Assembly: GCA_964347935.1 (NCBI GenBank)
Contig: CAYGAS010000078.1
Span: forward strand, 1-50,682
Reading direction: 5' to 3'
DNA length: 50,682 bases
Source: an uncultured Nitrospiraceae bacterium
GTDB taxonomy: Bacteria; Pseudomonadota; Gammaproteobacteria; Acidiferrobacterales; SPGG2
In this document: positions 37,754 through 48,250 of the stretch, one piece after another
Layout of the letters: every line of letters starts with the position of its first letter
How positions within the stretch are numbered: position 1 is the first letter of the stretch
Position numbers and translations under genes: made by a program
Notes under the pieces: model-generated
Seen by the model: only the letters and a program-made list of their open reading frames with translations
Database searches by the model: none
What the model was told of the DNA's origin: nothing

Positions 37754-38389
37754 ATGGCGCGCGAAGTAGACTTCTATTTCGACTTCCTCTCGCCGTTTTG
37801 TTACTTCGCGCTCGAGAAGCTCAAGCGCCTGCCTGCCAATACGACCATGAATCTCATACCGGTGCTCTTTGCCGCACTCCTGAAGCACTGGAACCACAAA
37901 GGACCGGCCGAGCTGCCGCCGAAACGGCGCTTCACCATGCGCCACGTGCAATGGATGGCACAAAAACACGGCATCGCTTTCGCCATGCCGCCGGCGCATC
38001 CCTTCAATCCGCTGGCGGTGCTGCGACTGAGCATTGCGCTTGACAACGAGCCGCGTGCGGTGCGCGAGATTTTTGATTTCATCTGGCGCGAGGGGCATCG
38101 GCCAGACGAGCCCGAGAGTTGGCACGAGCTGACCGCGCGCCTCAATGTTGCCGATGCCGACTCGCGCATCGCGGCAACAGCCGTCAAGGAGCAGCTACGG
38201 CGTAACGGCGAGCAGGCAGTGGCCCGCGACGTGTTCGGCGTGCCGACGTTTATCGTCGACAACGAGCTTTTCTGGGGCTACGACGCGGCCGACTTTTTGC
38301 TCGACTACCTGCACGACCCGACCCTGTTACAGACCGCCGAGATGCGCCGCGCCACCGAGCTGCCGATCGGTATTGCACGACACCCCTAG
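37754..38389 (+). CDS. 2-hydroxychromene-2-carboxylate isomerase family (DsbA-like) protein, second copy
   Basis: 211 aa with VDFYFDFLSPFCYF at the N-terminus and DVFGVPTFIVDNELFWGYD at the C-terminus. Confidence 0.85.
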   Translation: MAREVDFYFDFLSPFCYFALEKLKRLPANTTMNLIPVLFAALLKHWNHKGPAELPPKRRFTMRHVQWMAQKHGIAFAMPPAHPFNPLAVLRLSIALDNEPRAVREIFDFIWREGHRPDEPESWHELTARLNVADADSRIAATAVKEQLRRNGEQAVARDVFGVPTFIVDNELFWGYDAADFLLDYLHDPTLLQTAEMRRATELPIGIARHP

Positions 38390-38409
38390 AATTCAACCCC
38401 AACTACTCA

Positions 38410-38605
38410 ACGCAGAAGCGGTACAGGGAGGTGCCGTTTGCGGACCTGACGACGGAATCGCGCCAAGACGCAAAGTTTTCCAAGTCGGGCCCTAACTAGT
38501 TCTAGCGCTCCGCCGCCCAGCCACGCAGATTGCCCTGATACGCAAAAACCGAAAGGTTTTTGATCGAGGCTCCTCTGCGTTCTTTGCGCCTCTGCGTCTT
38601 TGCGT
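38410..38605. repeat. Array of 7-nt motifs: four ACGCA[G/A]A on the + strand followed by four reverse-complement copies
   Basis: ACGCAGA at 38410, ACGCAAA at 38468, ACGCAGA at 38523, ACGCAAA at 38540. Then the AAAAACC-GAAA-GGTTTTT hairpin (38544-38561). Then TCTGCGT at 38574, TTTGCGC at 38583, TCTGCGT at 38591, TTTGCGT at 38599. Confidence 0.45.
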
Positions 38606-38617
38606 TGGATGTTTTAC

Positions 38618-39382
38618 TCACTTCGGCTGCATGCGGATGGCGCCATCGAGACGGATGGAACAACCGTTGATCATTTCGTTGTCGATGATGTGCATCACGA
38701 GCTTGGAGTACTCGTCCGGCCGACCGAAACGCTTGGGGAACGGCACCTGTTGTGCCAGGCTGTCCTGGACTTCCGGGGGCATGCCGAGCAGCATGGGTGT
38801 ACCGATGAGACCCGGGATGATCGTCACCACGCGTATGCCGACGCTGGCGAACTCGCGCGCCGCCGGCAGCGTCATCGACACGACACCGCCTTTGGACGCG
38901 CTATAGCCTGCCTGTCCAATCTGTCCTTCGAAGGCGGCGATCGAGGCGGTGAAAATAATCACACCGCGGCCGCCGCTCTCGGTCAGCGGATCAAGCCCGT
39001 ACATGTCGGCCGCCGCCAGGCGGGTGATGTTGAAGGTGCCCACCAGATTGACGTCGATGGCGCGCTTGAAGTCCTCGAGCGGCATCGGACCCTGGCGACC
39101 GACGATGCGCTTCGCCGGCGCGATGCCCGCACAGTTGATACATACGCGCGCAGGGCCATGCGCCTCGCGCGCCTTGGCAACCGCTGCCTCACCGCTGGCG
39201 GCATCTGTCACATCGCATTTAACCGCGAGACCGCCGATTTCCTTGGCAACGGCTTGTGCACCCTCGACATTCACATCCAACAACGCGACTTTTGCGCCCG
39301 CCTTCGCCAGGAACCTTGCCGTCTCCGCACCCATGCCGGAACCGCCACCGGTGACAATGGCTGCACAACCTTTGACGTCCAT
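38618..39382 (-). CDS. 3-hydroxyacyl-CoA dehydrogenase type 2 / 3-hydroxy-2-methylbutyryl-CoA dehydrogenase-like SDR
   Basis: AIVTGGGSGMG, INCAGI, catalytic YSASKGGV, and an overall HSD17B10-like pattern. Preferred start is ATG 39382 (MDVKG...) with GGAGGAG upstream. Confidence 0.88.
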   Translation of the reverse strand: MDVKGCAAIVTGGGSGMGAETARFLAKAGAKVALLDVNVEGAQAVAKEIGGLAVKCDVTDAASGEAAVAKAREAHGPARVCINCAGIAPAKRIVGRQGPMPLEDFKRAIDVNLVGTFNITRLAAADMYGLDPLTESGGRGVIIFTASIAAFEGQIGQAGYSASKGGVVSMTLPAAREFASVGIRVVTIIPGLIGTPMLLGMPPEVQDSLAQQVPFPKRFGRPDEYSKLVMHIIDNEMINGCSIRLDGAIRMQPK

Positions 39383-39454
39383 AGTGCTCCTCCCCGTAGT
39401 CAAATTAAACGCTCAACCGAGCGAGCGCGCCTGAATCCGCGCAGCGTATAGCGC

Positions 39455-39901
39455 TCACTCGCGATAGAGAATCATTTGTGTGGACCTGAACAAGGCCAGG
39501 GTGCGATCTTCCGCCTCGTTCATGACCTTGGCATCCCATACCTGCGTGCGCCGACCGCCGTGCACGAGCTGCGCGCGGCACACGATGATTCCTTCACGCG
39601 TGCTGCCAAGAAAATTCGACTTCAGCTCGATCGTCGTGAAGTTGGCCGCACCCTCGGGCAGATGGGCCAGGGTTCCATTGCCGCAGCAGGTGTCGGCGAG
39701 CGCGATAATCGTCGCTGCATGCACGTAGCCGTTAGGCGCCATGTGGTCCGAGCGCAGCTTCAAGCGCCCGGCTACCCCACCCTTTTCCAGCATGAAGAAC
39801 TCGACACCCAATACGCCGGGCAGTGAGCCCTGAATACGTTTGTTCGCATCCTCGAACGTGAAGGCCAACGTTGGTATCCTCGCCGCGGGTGAGCCGCGCA
39901 A
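39455..39901 (-). CDS. PaaI-family hotdog-fold thioesterase
   Basis: 148 aa with APNGYVHAATIIALADTCCG and GGRRTQVWDAKV. Confidence 0.8.
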   Translation of the reverse strand: MRGSPAARIPTLAFTFEDANKRIQGSLPGVLGVEFFMLEKGGVAGRLKLRSDHMAPNGYVHAATIIALADTCCGNGTLAHLPEGAANFTTIELKSNFLGSTREGIIVCRAQLVHGGRRTQVWDAKVMNEAEDRTLALFRSTQMILYRE

Positions 39902-40002
39902 TCAGCGGGTTGGTGCCAATAGCGAACTTAAACTAGCCGCTTTCGCGAGCGGATGCAAACACCGATATAATCGGCATTCACGCGCTCGGAGGCAACGGAA
40001 TC

Positions 40003-41634
40003 TTGCAACGCGAATCGATGGAATACGATGTCGTAATCGTCGGCGCCGGCCCATCGGGACTCGCGGCGGCGATTCGACTCAAACAATTGACGGCTGAGCA
40101 CAACCACGACGTCAGCGTGTGTATCGTCGAGAAAGGCTCGGAGGTGGGCGCGCATATCCTTTCCGGCGCCGTGCTCGAGCCAGTTGCGCTGAACGAGCTG
40201 ATCCCCGACTGGAAGCAAAAGGGTGCGCCGCTGCATACGTCCGCAAGCAGTGAGCGCTTTGTCTATTTGACGCCAACGCGGGCATGGCGCCTGCCTACCC
40301 CGCCGCAGATGCGCAACGAGGGCAATTACATCATCAGCCTCGGCAATCTATGTCGCTGGTTAGCCGAGCAAGCAGAGGCGCTTGGCGTGGAGATCTACCC
40401 GGGCTTTGCCGCCGCCGAGGTGCTGTATGACGACAAGGGCCGCGTGCGCGGTGTTGCCACCGGAAACATGGGTGTCGACCGTAACGGTCAGCAGACGGCG
40501 AACTATCAACCCGGGGTCGAGCTTCATGCACGCTATACGCTGTTCGCCGAGGGTTGCCGCGGCTCGCTGACCAAGACATTGTTCGAGCGTTTCGGATTGC
40601 GCGAGGGGGTCGACCCCCAGACTTACGGCATCGGTCTGAAAGAGCTTTGGGAGGTCGATCCGGCCCAACATCGGCCCGGACTGGTGATGCATACGATTGG
40701 CTGGCCGCTCGACACACGCACCTACGGGGGGTCGTTTATCTATCATATGGAAAAGAATCAGGTGGCTGTCGGATTCGTCGTCGGCCTCGATTACCGCAAC
40801 CCCTATCTCAGCCCCTACGATGAGTTCCAACGCTTCAAGACCCACCCCTCGATTCGTCCAACCTTCGCCGCAGGGAAACGGATCGCCTATGGCGCGCGTT
40901 CCTTAAGCGAAGGCGGACTGCAATCCATTCCCAAACTGACGTTCCCGGGCGGGGCCCTGATCGGCGACTGCGCCGGGTTCCTGAACGTGGCAAAGATCAA
41001 GGGGACGCACACGGCCATGAAGTCTGGCATGAGCGCGGCCGAGGCTGCATTCGACGCCTTGCGTTCGGGCAGCGACACCGAGCTCGGCGACTACCCGGCT
41101 CGCCTCAAGCAAAGCTGGGTGTGGGACGAGCTCTATCGCGTACGCAACATCCGACCGGCCTTTCACTGGGGACTGTATGCCGCCCTCGCTTATAGTGGAC
41201 TGGACACCTACGTGCTGCGCGGGCGCGCGCCGTGGACGCTGCACCACCATGCCGACCACAACACACTCAGAAAGGCCCGCGACTGCCGCCCCATCGCCTA
41301 TCCCAAATACGACGGCGAGCTCACCTTCGACAAGATGTCGTCGGTGTACCTCTCGAGCACGAACCACGAAGAGAACCAGCCCACGCACCTGCAGTTGCGG
41401 GATCCGGCCGTGGCGATCGAGATCAACTTGAAGGAATACGATGCACCGGAGCAACGTTATTGTCCGGCTGGCGTCTATGAAATCGTGCGCGATGATGACG
41501 GCGCGAATCCGCGCTTACAGATCAACGCACCGAACTGCGTGCACTGCAAGACCTGCGACATCAAGGACCCCACCCAGAACATCAACTGGGTCGTCCCCGA
41601 GGGCGGCGGCGGACCGAATTACCCGAATATGTGA
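40003..41634 (+). CDS. Electron-transfer flavoprotein:ubiquinone oxidoreductase (ETF-QO)
   Basis: 543 aa with FAD motif [16 protein letters not shown] and a C-terminal 4Fe-4S region YCPAGVYE...[13 protein letters not shown]. The start is TTG 40003 or ATG 40018. Confidence 0.92.
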   Translation: MQRESMEYDVVIVGAGPSGLAAAIRLKQLTAEHNHDVSVCIVEKGSEVGAHILSGAVLEPVALNELIPDWKQKGAPLHTSASSERFVYLTPTRAWRLPTPPQMRNEGNYIISLGNLCRWLAEQAEALGVEIYPGFAAAEVLYDDKGRVRGVATGNMGVDRNGQQTANYQPGVELHARYTLFAEGCRGSLTKTLFERFGLREGVDPQTYGIGLKELWEVDPAQHRPGLVMHTIGWPLDTRTYGGSFIYHMEKNQVAVGFVVGLDYRNPYLSPYDEFQRFKTHPSIRPTFAAGKRIAYGARSLSEGGLQSIPKLTFPGGALIGDCAGFLNVAKIKGTHTAMKSGMSAAEAAFDALRSGSDTELGDYPARLKQSWVWDELYRVRNIRPAFHWGLYAALAYSGLDTYVLRGRAPWTLHHHADHNTLRKARDCRPIAYPKYDGELTFDKMSSVYLSSTNHEENQPTHLQLRDPAVAIEINLKEYDAPEQRYCPAGVYEIVRDDDGANPRLQINAPNCVHCKTCDIKDPTQNINWVVPEGGGGPNYPNM

Positions 41635-41712
41635 GGCGTGCGCATGCCGGCATCGGTGGCTGCACGTGCCCGGTGTGGCGAGGCCGCTGCGCAGCGCCAG
41701 CAGCGCGCGCAT

Positions 41713-42792
41713 CTATCGCCGAGCGGGCCGGCAACGTAGATACTGGTTCGGATAAGGGGCCTCAGCACCAAGCGCGGCAGCAGCGTGCCATGCCCAGTGC
41801 GGGTCGTACAACATGCCGCGGGCGAGCGCCACTATGTCGGCCTTGCCGCTCGCGATGATGTCCTCGGCTTGTTGCGGCTCCGTGATCAAGCCGACGGCGA
41901 TGGTTACCATGCCCGTCGCTGCTCGCACGCGCTCCGCAAACGGCACCTGATAGCCCGGTCCGACCGGAATGCTGTCCGGCGGCGCCATGCCGCCGCTCGA
42001 CACATCGATCCAATCGCAGCCGCGCGCCTTGAGCTCATGGGCCAAGCTTACCGTGTCCTCGAGCGTCCATCCGCCGTCGATCCAGTCGGTCGCCGACACC
42101 CGCATACCCACCGGCTTGTCGGGCGGCCAAACGGCGCGTACCGCGTCGAACACTTCGAGCGGAAAGCGCATACGATTCTCGAGCGAGCCCCCGTACTCGT
42201 CGTCGCGTCGGTTGCTGAGCGGCGACAAGAACTCGTGCAGCAAGTAACCATGGGCGCCGTGCAGCTCGACCGCATCAAAACCAATGCGCGCGGCGCGGCG
42301 GGCGGCGCTGGCAAAGGCCTCGACGAGCGATCGAATCTCATCACGCTCAAGCGCCTTGGGGACCGCGGCGTCCGCGCTCGCGGCGATGGCTGACGGCGCC
42401 ACCGTCTGCCAACCACCTGTGTCGATCGTCAGCGGATCGCGCCCTTCCCAGGGTGGCCGGGTCGAGGCCTTGCGGCCGGCGTGCGCGAGCTGGATCGCCA
42501 GCTTGGCGCTGCCGTACTGTCGGCAAAAATCCACCACACGCTGCAACGCCTGCTCATTGGCGTCGCTGTAGAGGCCGAGGCAACGGGGACTGATGCGGCC
42601 ACGCGCTTCGACGTTCGTCATCTCCACCGTCAGCAAGCCCACGCCGGCTACCGCAAACTGCCCCAAGTGCATGAGATGCCAGTCGCTGGCGCAACCATCG
42701 CTGCCCGAGTACTGACACATGGGCGAGACCATGATGCGGTTTTCGAGCTTGAGCTCTCGCAGCGTAATCGGTGTAAACAGTTTGCTACCCAC
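41713..42792 (-). CDS. NADH:flavin oxidoreductase, Old Yellow Enzyme family
   Basis: 359 aa with LKLENRIMVSPMCQY, HAGRK and ELHGAHGYLLHEFLSP. Confidence 0.9.
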   Translation of the reverse strand: MGSKLFTPITLRELKLENRIMVSPMCQYSGSDGCASDWHLMHLGQFAVAGVGLLTVEMTNVEARGRISPRCLGLYSDANEQALQRVVDFCRQYGSAKLAIQLAHAGRKASTRPPWEGRDPLTIDTGGWQTVAPSAIAASADAAVPKALERDEIRSLVEAFASAARRAARIGFDAVELHGAHGYLLHEFLSPLSNRRDDEYGGSLENRMRFPLEVFDAVRAVWPPDKPVGMRVSATDWIDGGWTLEDTVSLAHELKARGCDWIDVSSGGMAPPDSIPVGPGYQVPFAERVRAATGMVTIAVGLITEPQQAEDIIASGKADIVALARGMLYDPHWAWHAAAALGAEAPYPNQYLRCRPARR

Positions 42793-43007
42793 AGTTTTAC
42801 GCCCTTTCAGGAATACCTAATAAGGCCTGTCGCCGGCCAACGCGCAATATTCGCCAGCCGGCGCAGCTAAATCAAGAATACCACCAGGATCAGTCATTTT
42901 TCGCTTGCGCTTGACCCGGTTGCGACAGGATCCGGTATAGTGAGCCTCGCCGTCTTCCGGCCCGGCACCCAACGAACCAGCGAATGCTCGACCCGCCTCA
43001 CTGACTT

Positions 43008-44405
43008 ATGCGCAGTATCCACGCCCGCTTGACTGAAGGCTCGGTCTCACGGCACCTCTTTGACCTCACCCTGCCGATGATCTGGGGCCTTCTGGCGATT
43101 ATGGCGTTTAATGCCACCGACACCTGGTTTGTGGCCCAGCTCGGTACCCGCGAGCTCGCCGCCATGAGCTTCACGTTCCCGGTGGTCATGGTTCTGATCA
43201 GCCTGGGCATCGGCTTGATGGCCGGTACATCGTCGGTGCTGGCGCGAGTGATCGGACAACGCGATCACGATCGCATCCGACGCATCACCACGGATGCGCT
43301 GGTACTGTCGGCGCTGCTGTCTCTGCTGGTGACCTTGACGGGCCTGCTGACGTTCGAGCCCCTTTTTCGCCTGCTCGGGGCGAGTCCTGAGCTCGTGCCG
43401 TTGATCGGCGACTACATGACTACCTGGTATGCCGGTTATGTGTTCTTGCTGGTGCCGATGGTAGGCATGGGGGCTATCCGCGCCACCGGCGACAGCAGAT
43501 TTCAAAGCCGGCTGCTGATCGCCGCGGCGGTAATCAACCTGATCCTCGACCCCTTGCTGATTTTCGGCTGGCTCGGTTTCCCGCGCCTGGAGATCCAGGG
43601 CGCGGCGATCGCCACGGTGGTAGCGCGCGCCATGACGCTTGTCGCCGGGTTCTACTTCCTGCAGTTCAAGATGCCGATGATCACCTATACCTGGCCGCGC
43701 TGGGCGGAGGTGTGGAGATCGTGGAAGGGCGTGCTTCACGTCGGCCTGCCGGCAACCGGCACCAATATCATTATCCCCCTCTCCACGGGCGTGATCGTCG
43801 CACTTGTCGCCGGCTTCGGCAATGATGCGGTCGCGGGTTTCGGTGTGGCCGTACGCATCGAAGGCATCGCGCTGGTGATTTTCTATGCGATGTCGGCCGT
43901 CATCGGACCCTTCGTCGGCCAAAACCTGGGCGCGGGCAAAAGCGAACGTATTCGCGAGGCCATGAAGCTAACCGCCTTGTTCTGTATGGGTCTCGGTGCG
44001 TGCATAGCGATTGCGCTGGCTTTCGGCGCCGAGTGGCTGACACGCCTCTTCAACGAAGAGCCGGCGGTCGTCGGGGTGAGCACAAGTTACTTGTATCTCG
44101 TGCCACTCAGTTATGGCACAGCCGGCATCATCATGGTGGTCAACGCCGCCTTCAATGGCCTGGGACGGCCGCTGCCAGCGGTCGTGATCTCACTGACGAG
44201 GATGGGCGCGCTCTATATCCCTCTGGCGTATGCCGGTGCCCGCTTATTCGGCGTCACCGGCATTCTTGTGGCCGCTACCTTGTCGAATCTGCTGGTCGGC
44301 GCCGCGGCCTTTGCCTGGAACTGGCGCATCTGCCGACAGCAAGGCACGGCGGAGCCAGATCTTCGCGAGCCGCGCGCGCCCGGCAGTGACGTCAGCGGTG
44401 CTTGA
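43008..44405 (+). CDS. MATE family efflux transporter
   Basis: 465 aa, about 12 TM helices. The N-terminus [27 protein letters not shown] and the internal repeat are typical of MatE. Confidence 0.88.
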   Translation: MRSIHARLTEGSVSRHLFDLTLPMIWGLLAIMAFNATDTWFVAQLGTRELAAMSFTFPVVMVLISLGIGLMAGTSSVLARVIGQRDHDRIRRITTDALVLSALLSLLVTLTGLLTFEPLFRLLGASPELVPLIGDYMTTWYAGYVFLLVPMVGMGAIRATGDSRFQSRLLIAAAVINLILDPLLIFGWLGFPRLEIQGAAIATVVARAMTLVAGFYFLQFKMPMITYTWPRWAEVWRSWKGVLHVGLPATGTNIIIPLSTGVIVALVAGFGNDAVAGFGVAVRIEGIALVIFYAMSAVIGPFVGQNLGAGKSERIREAMKLTALFCMGLGACIAIALAFGAEWLTRLFNEEPAVVGVSTSYLYLVPLSYGTAGIIMVVNAAFNGLGRPLPAVVISLTRMGALYIPLAYAGARLFGVTGILVAATLSNLLVGAAAFAWNWRICRQQGTAEPDLREPRAPGSDVSGA

Positions 44406-45168
44406 AGTTGGGCTTGCGCTTTTCGACAAAGGCCGCCATGCCTTCTTTCTGGTCCTCGGTCGCAAACATCGAGTGAAATAACCGGCGCTCAAAGCGCACG
44501 CCTTCGGCCAGTGTCGTTTCGTAGGCGCGATTGATCGTTTCCTTGATCATCATCACCACGGGCCGTGAATAACTGGCGATCGTTTCTGCCGTCTTCACGG
44601 CTTCCTCGAGCAGCGCCGCCGCGGCAACGACTCGGCTGACCAGGCCGGCGCGCTCGGCTTCTGTGGCGTCGATCATGCGCCCGGTCAGGCACAACTCCAT
44701 CGCCTTGGGCTTGCCCACCCAGCGCGGCAGACGCTGGGTGCCGCCTATACCGGGCATGATGCCCAGAGTCACCTCGGGCTGACCGAATTTGGCGTCATCC
44801 GCGGCGAGGATCACATCGCACATCATCGCAAGCTCGCAACCCCCTCCCAGCGCGTAGCCGCGGACCGCAGCCACCACCGGTTTGCGAAAGTTAGCCAGGC
44901 GTTCCCAGCCCACGGTAACGAAATCGGACAGATAGGCGTCCATGTAGCTCTTGTCCTTCATTTCCTTGATATCGGCACCGGCAGCGAACGCCTTCTCGCT
45001 ACCGGTCAGCACCACCGCGCCAATGTCGGCATCGGCCTCGAACCCATCCAAGGCACGCCCCAGCTCCGCCATTAACGCGCTCGATAGCGCATTCAACGCC
45101 TTCGGCCGGTTCAAGGTGATGAGGCCGACGGCGCCGCGTTTTTCGACCAGAATGTTTTCGTAGTCCAT
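44392..45168 (-). CDS. Enoyl-CoA hydratase (short-chain crotonase)
   Basis: 258 aa with [31 protein letters not shown] and [12 protein letters not shown]. Confidence 0.9.
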   Translation of the reverse strand: MDYENILVEKRGAVGLITLNRPKALNALSSALMAELGRALDGFEADADIGAVVLTGSEKAFAAGADIKEMKDKSYMDAYLSDFVTVGWERLANFRKPVVAAVRGYALGGGCELAMMCDVILAADDAKFGQPEVTLGIMPGIGGTQRLPRWVGKPKAMELCLTGRMIDATEAERAGLVSRVVAAAALLEEAVKTAETIASYSRPVVMMIKETINRAYETTLAEGVRFERRLFHSMFATEDQKEGMAAFVEKRKPNFKHR

Positions 45169-45186
45169 ACGGCTTTCCTGTCCCGA

Positions 45187-46977
45187 TTAGAATTGATCGT
45201 CCGCAAGCTCGAGCGTGGCGCCGGAACCGCGGGTGATCACCTGCAGCAGGGCGCTCGCCTGCGGCATGATCTGCTCGGCGTAGAACCGGGCCGTGACCAG
45301 CTTCGCTTCGTAAAACTCAACGTCTCCGGCTTCGCCCTCGAGCTTGCGGTGGGCGGCTAAGGCCGCGCGCGCCATCTGCCAACCGCCAGCGACCGTCCCG
45401 AGCAAGCGCAAGTAAGGCACGGAGGCGGCTGCCGGCAGCCGCGGATCACGTTCGTGTGATGCGAGCAGCCAATCGGTCGCCTCGGAGAACACCTCGATCC
45501 CATCGACCAACGCGTTGCGGACATCGTTCACGGCACGGTTCGACACGCGGGCAAGCTCGCCCGTATCGTCTTTCATGGTGTCGATGAGCTCGCGTGCCGC
45601 AACACCTCCGTTGCGAATGACTTTTCTGCCCACCAGATCATTGGCTTGAATGCCGGTGGTGCCTTCGTAGATCGTGGTAATGCGCGCATCGCGCAGATGC
45701 TGGCTCGCGCCCGTTTCCTCGATGTAACCCATGCCGCCATGCACTTGCACGCCCAGGGACGCGATCTCCACGGCGAGCTCGGTGCACCAACCCTTGACCA
45801 CCGGGGTTAGCAAATCAACCAGATCGTGCTGGCGACGGCGCTCGTCCTCGTCGGGCTCGTGCAGGGAGCGATCAAAGGCTGCCGCGGCCACATAGGCAAG
45901 CGCGCGCATGGCTTCTATTTGCGCCTTCATGGTCATCAACATGCGCCGCACGTCGGGATGATGAATGATCGTGGTGCGCTCATCCGCCGGCCCATTCAGC
46001 GCACGACCCTGGACGCGTTCCTTGGCGTAGGCACGCGCCTGCTGGTAAGCACGCTCGGCGATGCCCAGACCCTCCACACCGACACCCAAGCGCGCCAGAT
46101 TCATCATGGTGAACATGTATTCGAGGCCCCGGTTTTTCTCGCCCACGAGGTATCCCGTAGCCGCACCGCTGTCGCCGAAAGCAAGCACCGCCGTCGGGCT
46201 GGCATTGATGCCGAGCTTGTGCTCCAACGACACGCAGCGAACGTCGTTGCGCTCGTGTAGCTTCCCGTCCTTCGTCACCGTATGTTTCGGCACGATGAAA
46301 AGAGAGATGCCCTTGACACCCGCTGGGGCGTCGGGCAAACGCGCCAGCACCATGTGCACGATGTTGTCTGTCAGATCGTGATCGCCGTAGGTGATAAAGA
46401 TCTTCTGTCCCGAGATGAGATAGTGATCGCCTTGCGGCACCGCTTTGGTGCGCACGGCGCTCAGGTCCGAGCCCGCCTGGGGCTCGGTGAGATTCATGGT
46501 TCCCGTCCATTCGCCCGAAATGAGGGGCGGCAGGTAAAGGGCCTTTTGCTCCGCCGACCCGTGCGTGACGATCGCCTCCACGGCCGCCTGGGTCAGCATC
46601 GGGCACAAGCTGAAGGCCATATTGGCCGCGTGCCACATCTCATTGACGGCGGTCGCCACCAACCAGGGCAAGCCTTGTCCGCCGTAGTCGGGCGTCAAGG
46701 GCAACCCGTTCCAACCGCCCTCGACAAATTTGCGATACGCCTCTTTCCAGCCTGCAGGCGTTCGCACCTCGCCATCGACGGCGTGGGATCCGTCGCGGTC
46801 GCCGATCTGATTGAGCGGCGCCAGAACCTCGGCGGCCAGCTTTCCTGCTTCCTCCAAGACCGCGCTGACGAGGTCCGGGGTCGCCTGCTCGTAGCCCGGC
46901 AAACCGGCGATCCGCGCGAGGTCTGCAAGCTCGGTCAGGACGAATTCCATGTCACGGATCGGCGCGGTGTAGCTCAT
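45187..46977 (-). CDS. Long (596 aa) acyl-CoA dehydrogenase with extra C-terminal domain
   Basis: Acyl-CoA dehydrogenase (ACAD) blocks TMNLTEPQAGSDLS, QVHGGMGYIEETG and TIYEGTTGIQANDLVGRK, plus an added C-terminal helical domain of about 150 aa. Confidence 0.9.
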   Translation of the reverse strand: MSYTAPIRDMEFVLTELADLARIAGLPGYEQATPDLVSAVLEEAGKLAAEVLAPLNQIGDRDGSHAVDGEVRTPAGWKEAYRKFVEGGWNGLPLTPDYGGQGLPWLVATAVNEMWHAANMAFSLCPMLTQAAVEAIVTHGSAEQKALYLPPLISGEWTGTMNLTEPQAGSDLSAVRTKAVPQGDHYLISGQKIFITYGDHDLTDNIVHMVLARLPDAPAGVKGISLFIVPKHTVTKDGKLHERNDVRCVSLEHKLGINASPTAVLAFGDSGAATGYLVGEKNRGLEYMFTMMNLARLGVGVEGLGIAERAYQQARAYAKERVQGRALNGPADERTTIIHHPDVRRMLMTMKAQIEAMRALAYVAAAAFDRSLHEPDEDERRRQHDLVDLLTPVVKGWCTELAVEIASLGVQVHGGMGYIEETGASQHLRDARITTIYEGTTGIQANDLVGRKVIRNGGVAARELIDTMKDDTGELARVSNRAVNDVRNALVDGIEVFSEATDWLLASHERDPRLPAAASVPYLRLLGTVAGGWQMARAALAAHRKLEGEAGDVEFYEAKLVTARFYAEQIMPQASALLQVITRGSGATLELADDQF

Positions 46978-47068
46978 GACACAACAACTCCTTGAGGTCG
47001 TTAAGGAAATATAGTTGCCTCGATGGCACGCAGTGTAAGCGATCCGGCGTGACGCCGGCTACCGCTGG

Positions 47069-48250
47069 CTATATCACGCCGGCGGCTTCCAGCTCGGTGA
47101 TGCTTAGCTCGCTGTATCCGGCCTCGGCGAGAATCTCTCGGCTGTGCTCACCGTGCCCCGGCGCCGGGTGCTCGATGCTGAAGGCAAACTCGCTGAACTT
47201 CACCGGGAACGCGAGCTGCGGCACGTTGCCCTCGGTCGGATGCTCGTCGACGACGAAGATTTCGCGCGCTTGAAGCTGCTCATTGCGCATGCACTGCGAG
47301 AGCGTCAACACCGGTGCGACACAGCAGTCTACATCCGCAAATCGCTCAACCCAGTGAGCCTGTGTGTCGGCGCGAAAGATTGCCGCGACTTCATGGCGCA
47401 CGGCATCGGCCTCAGCGCCGTACACCCAGTGCTTGTCGATCAGATCCGGCCGTTTCACGCTCTCGCAGAAAGTCCGCCAGAACTTGTGCTCAAGCGCACC
47501 GAGCGCCATGTAGCGGTCATCGGCCGTCGCGTAGAGCCCGTAGCACGGCAGTCCCCCGGAGATAAAATCCTCGCCGCGCGGACGCGTTGCGCCCGTTTCC
47601 GCCTGCGCGATCATCGGTATCAGGCTGTGCGCCAACGCGCAGTCCGTCATGGACACATCGACATAGCGCCCAAGCCCCGTGCGCTGAGCGTCGACCAACG
47701 CCGCTAGGATACCCATCACGCTGCTCAAGCTACCGCCGACGAGGTCGGCGATCTGGAAGTTCGGCACGACCGGCGGGCCGCCAGGCGCACCGATCTGATC
47801 GCTGATGCCGGCATACGCGCAGTAATTGATATCGTGACCCGCCCTTTGGCGGTAGGGACCCGTCTGACCATATCCGCTAATCGAGCAATAGACGATGCGT
47901 GGATTCACAGCGCGCACGGGCTCGTAGCCGATTTGTAGCCGATCTACCACTCCGGGTCTAAAGCTTTCGACAATGACATCGGCATCGGCCGCCAGCTTGA
48001 GGAAGACCTCGCGCCCCTGCGGCTGCTTGAGATCCAATTTGAGGCCACGCTTGTTTCGATTCATGATCAGGAAACGCAGCGACGTTTGCTTGCGCCGCGG
48101 CCCCCAGTGCCGCGAGTAATCGCCCTGAGCCGGGTCTTCGATCTTGATCACGTCTGCACCCATGTCGCCGAGGTGCAGCGTGCATACCGCACCTGGCAAC
48201 AATCGTGTCAGGTCCAACACTCGTATCCCTGCAAGTGGCTTCGCGCGCAT
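47069..48250 (-). CDS. Family III CoA-transferase (CaiB/BaiF; alpha-methylacyl-CoA racemase-like)
   Basis: 393 aa with GIRVLDLTRLLPGAVCTLHLGDMGADVIKIE, RPGV and SISGYGQTGPY. Confidence 0.9.
   Translation of the reverse strand: MRAKPLAGIRVLDLTRLLPGAVCTLHLGDMGADVIKIEDPAQGDYSRHWGPRRKQTSLRFLIMNRNKRGLKLDLKQPQGREVFLKLAADADVIVESFRPGVVDRLQIGYEPVRAVNPRIVYCSISGYGQTGPYRQRAGHDINYCAYAGISDQIGAPGGPPVVPNFQIADLVGGSLSSVMGILAALVDAQRTGLGRYVDVSMTDCALAHSLIPMIAQAETGATRPRGEDFISGGLPCYGLYATADDRYMALGALEHKFWRTFCESVKRPDLIDKHWVYGAEADAVRHEVAAIFRADTQAHWVERFADVDCCVAPVLTLSQCMRNEQLQAREIFVVDEHPTEGNVPQLAFPVKFSEFAFSIEHPAPGHGEHSREILAEAGYSELSITELEAAGVI

Noticed and set aside
38600-39451. 283-aa plus-strand ORF opposite the type-2 3-hydroxyacyl-CoA dehydrogenase gene
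   Set aside because: It is an antisense shadow. The minus strand carries canonical SDR motifs and a good GGAGGAG ribosome-binding site.
43047-43922. 291-aa minus-strand ORF inside the MATE transporter gene
   Set aside because: It is an antisense shadow. The translation is Arg/Gly/His/Asp-rich and unlike any fold, while the plus-strand product is a clear 12-TM MATE protein.
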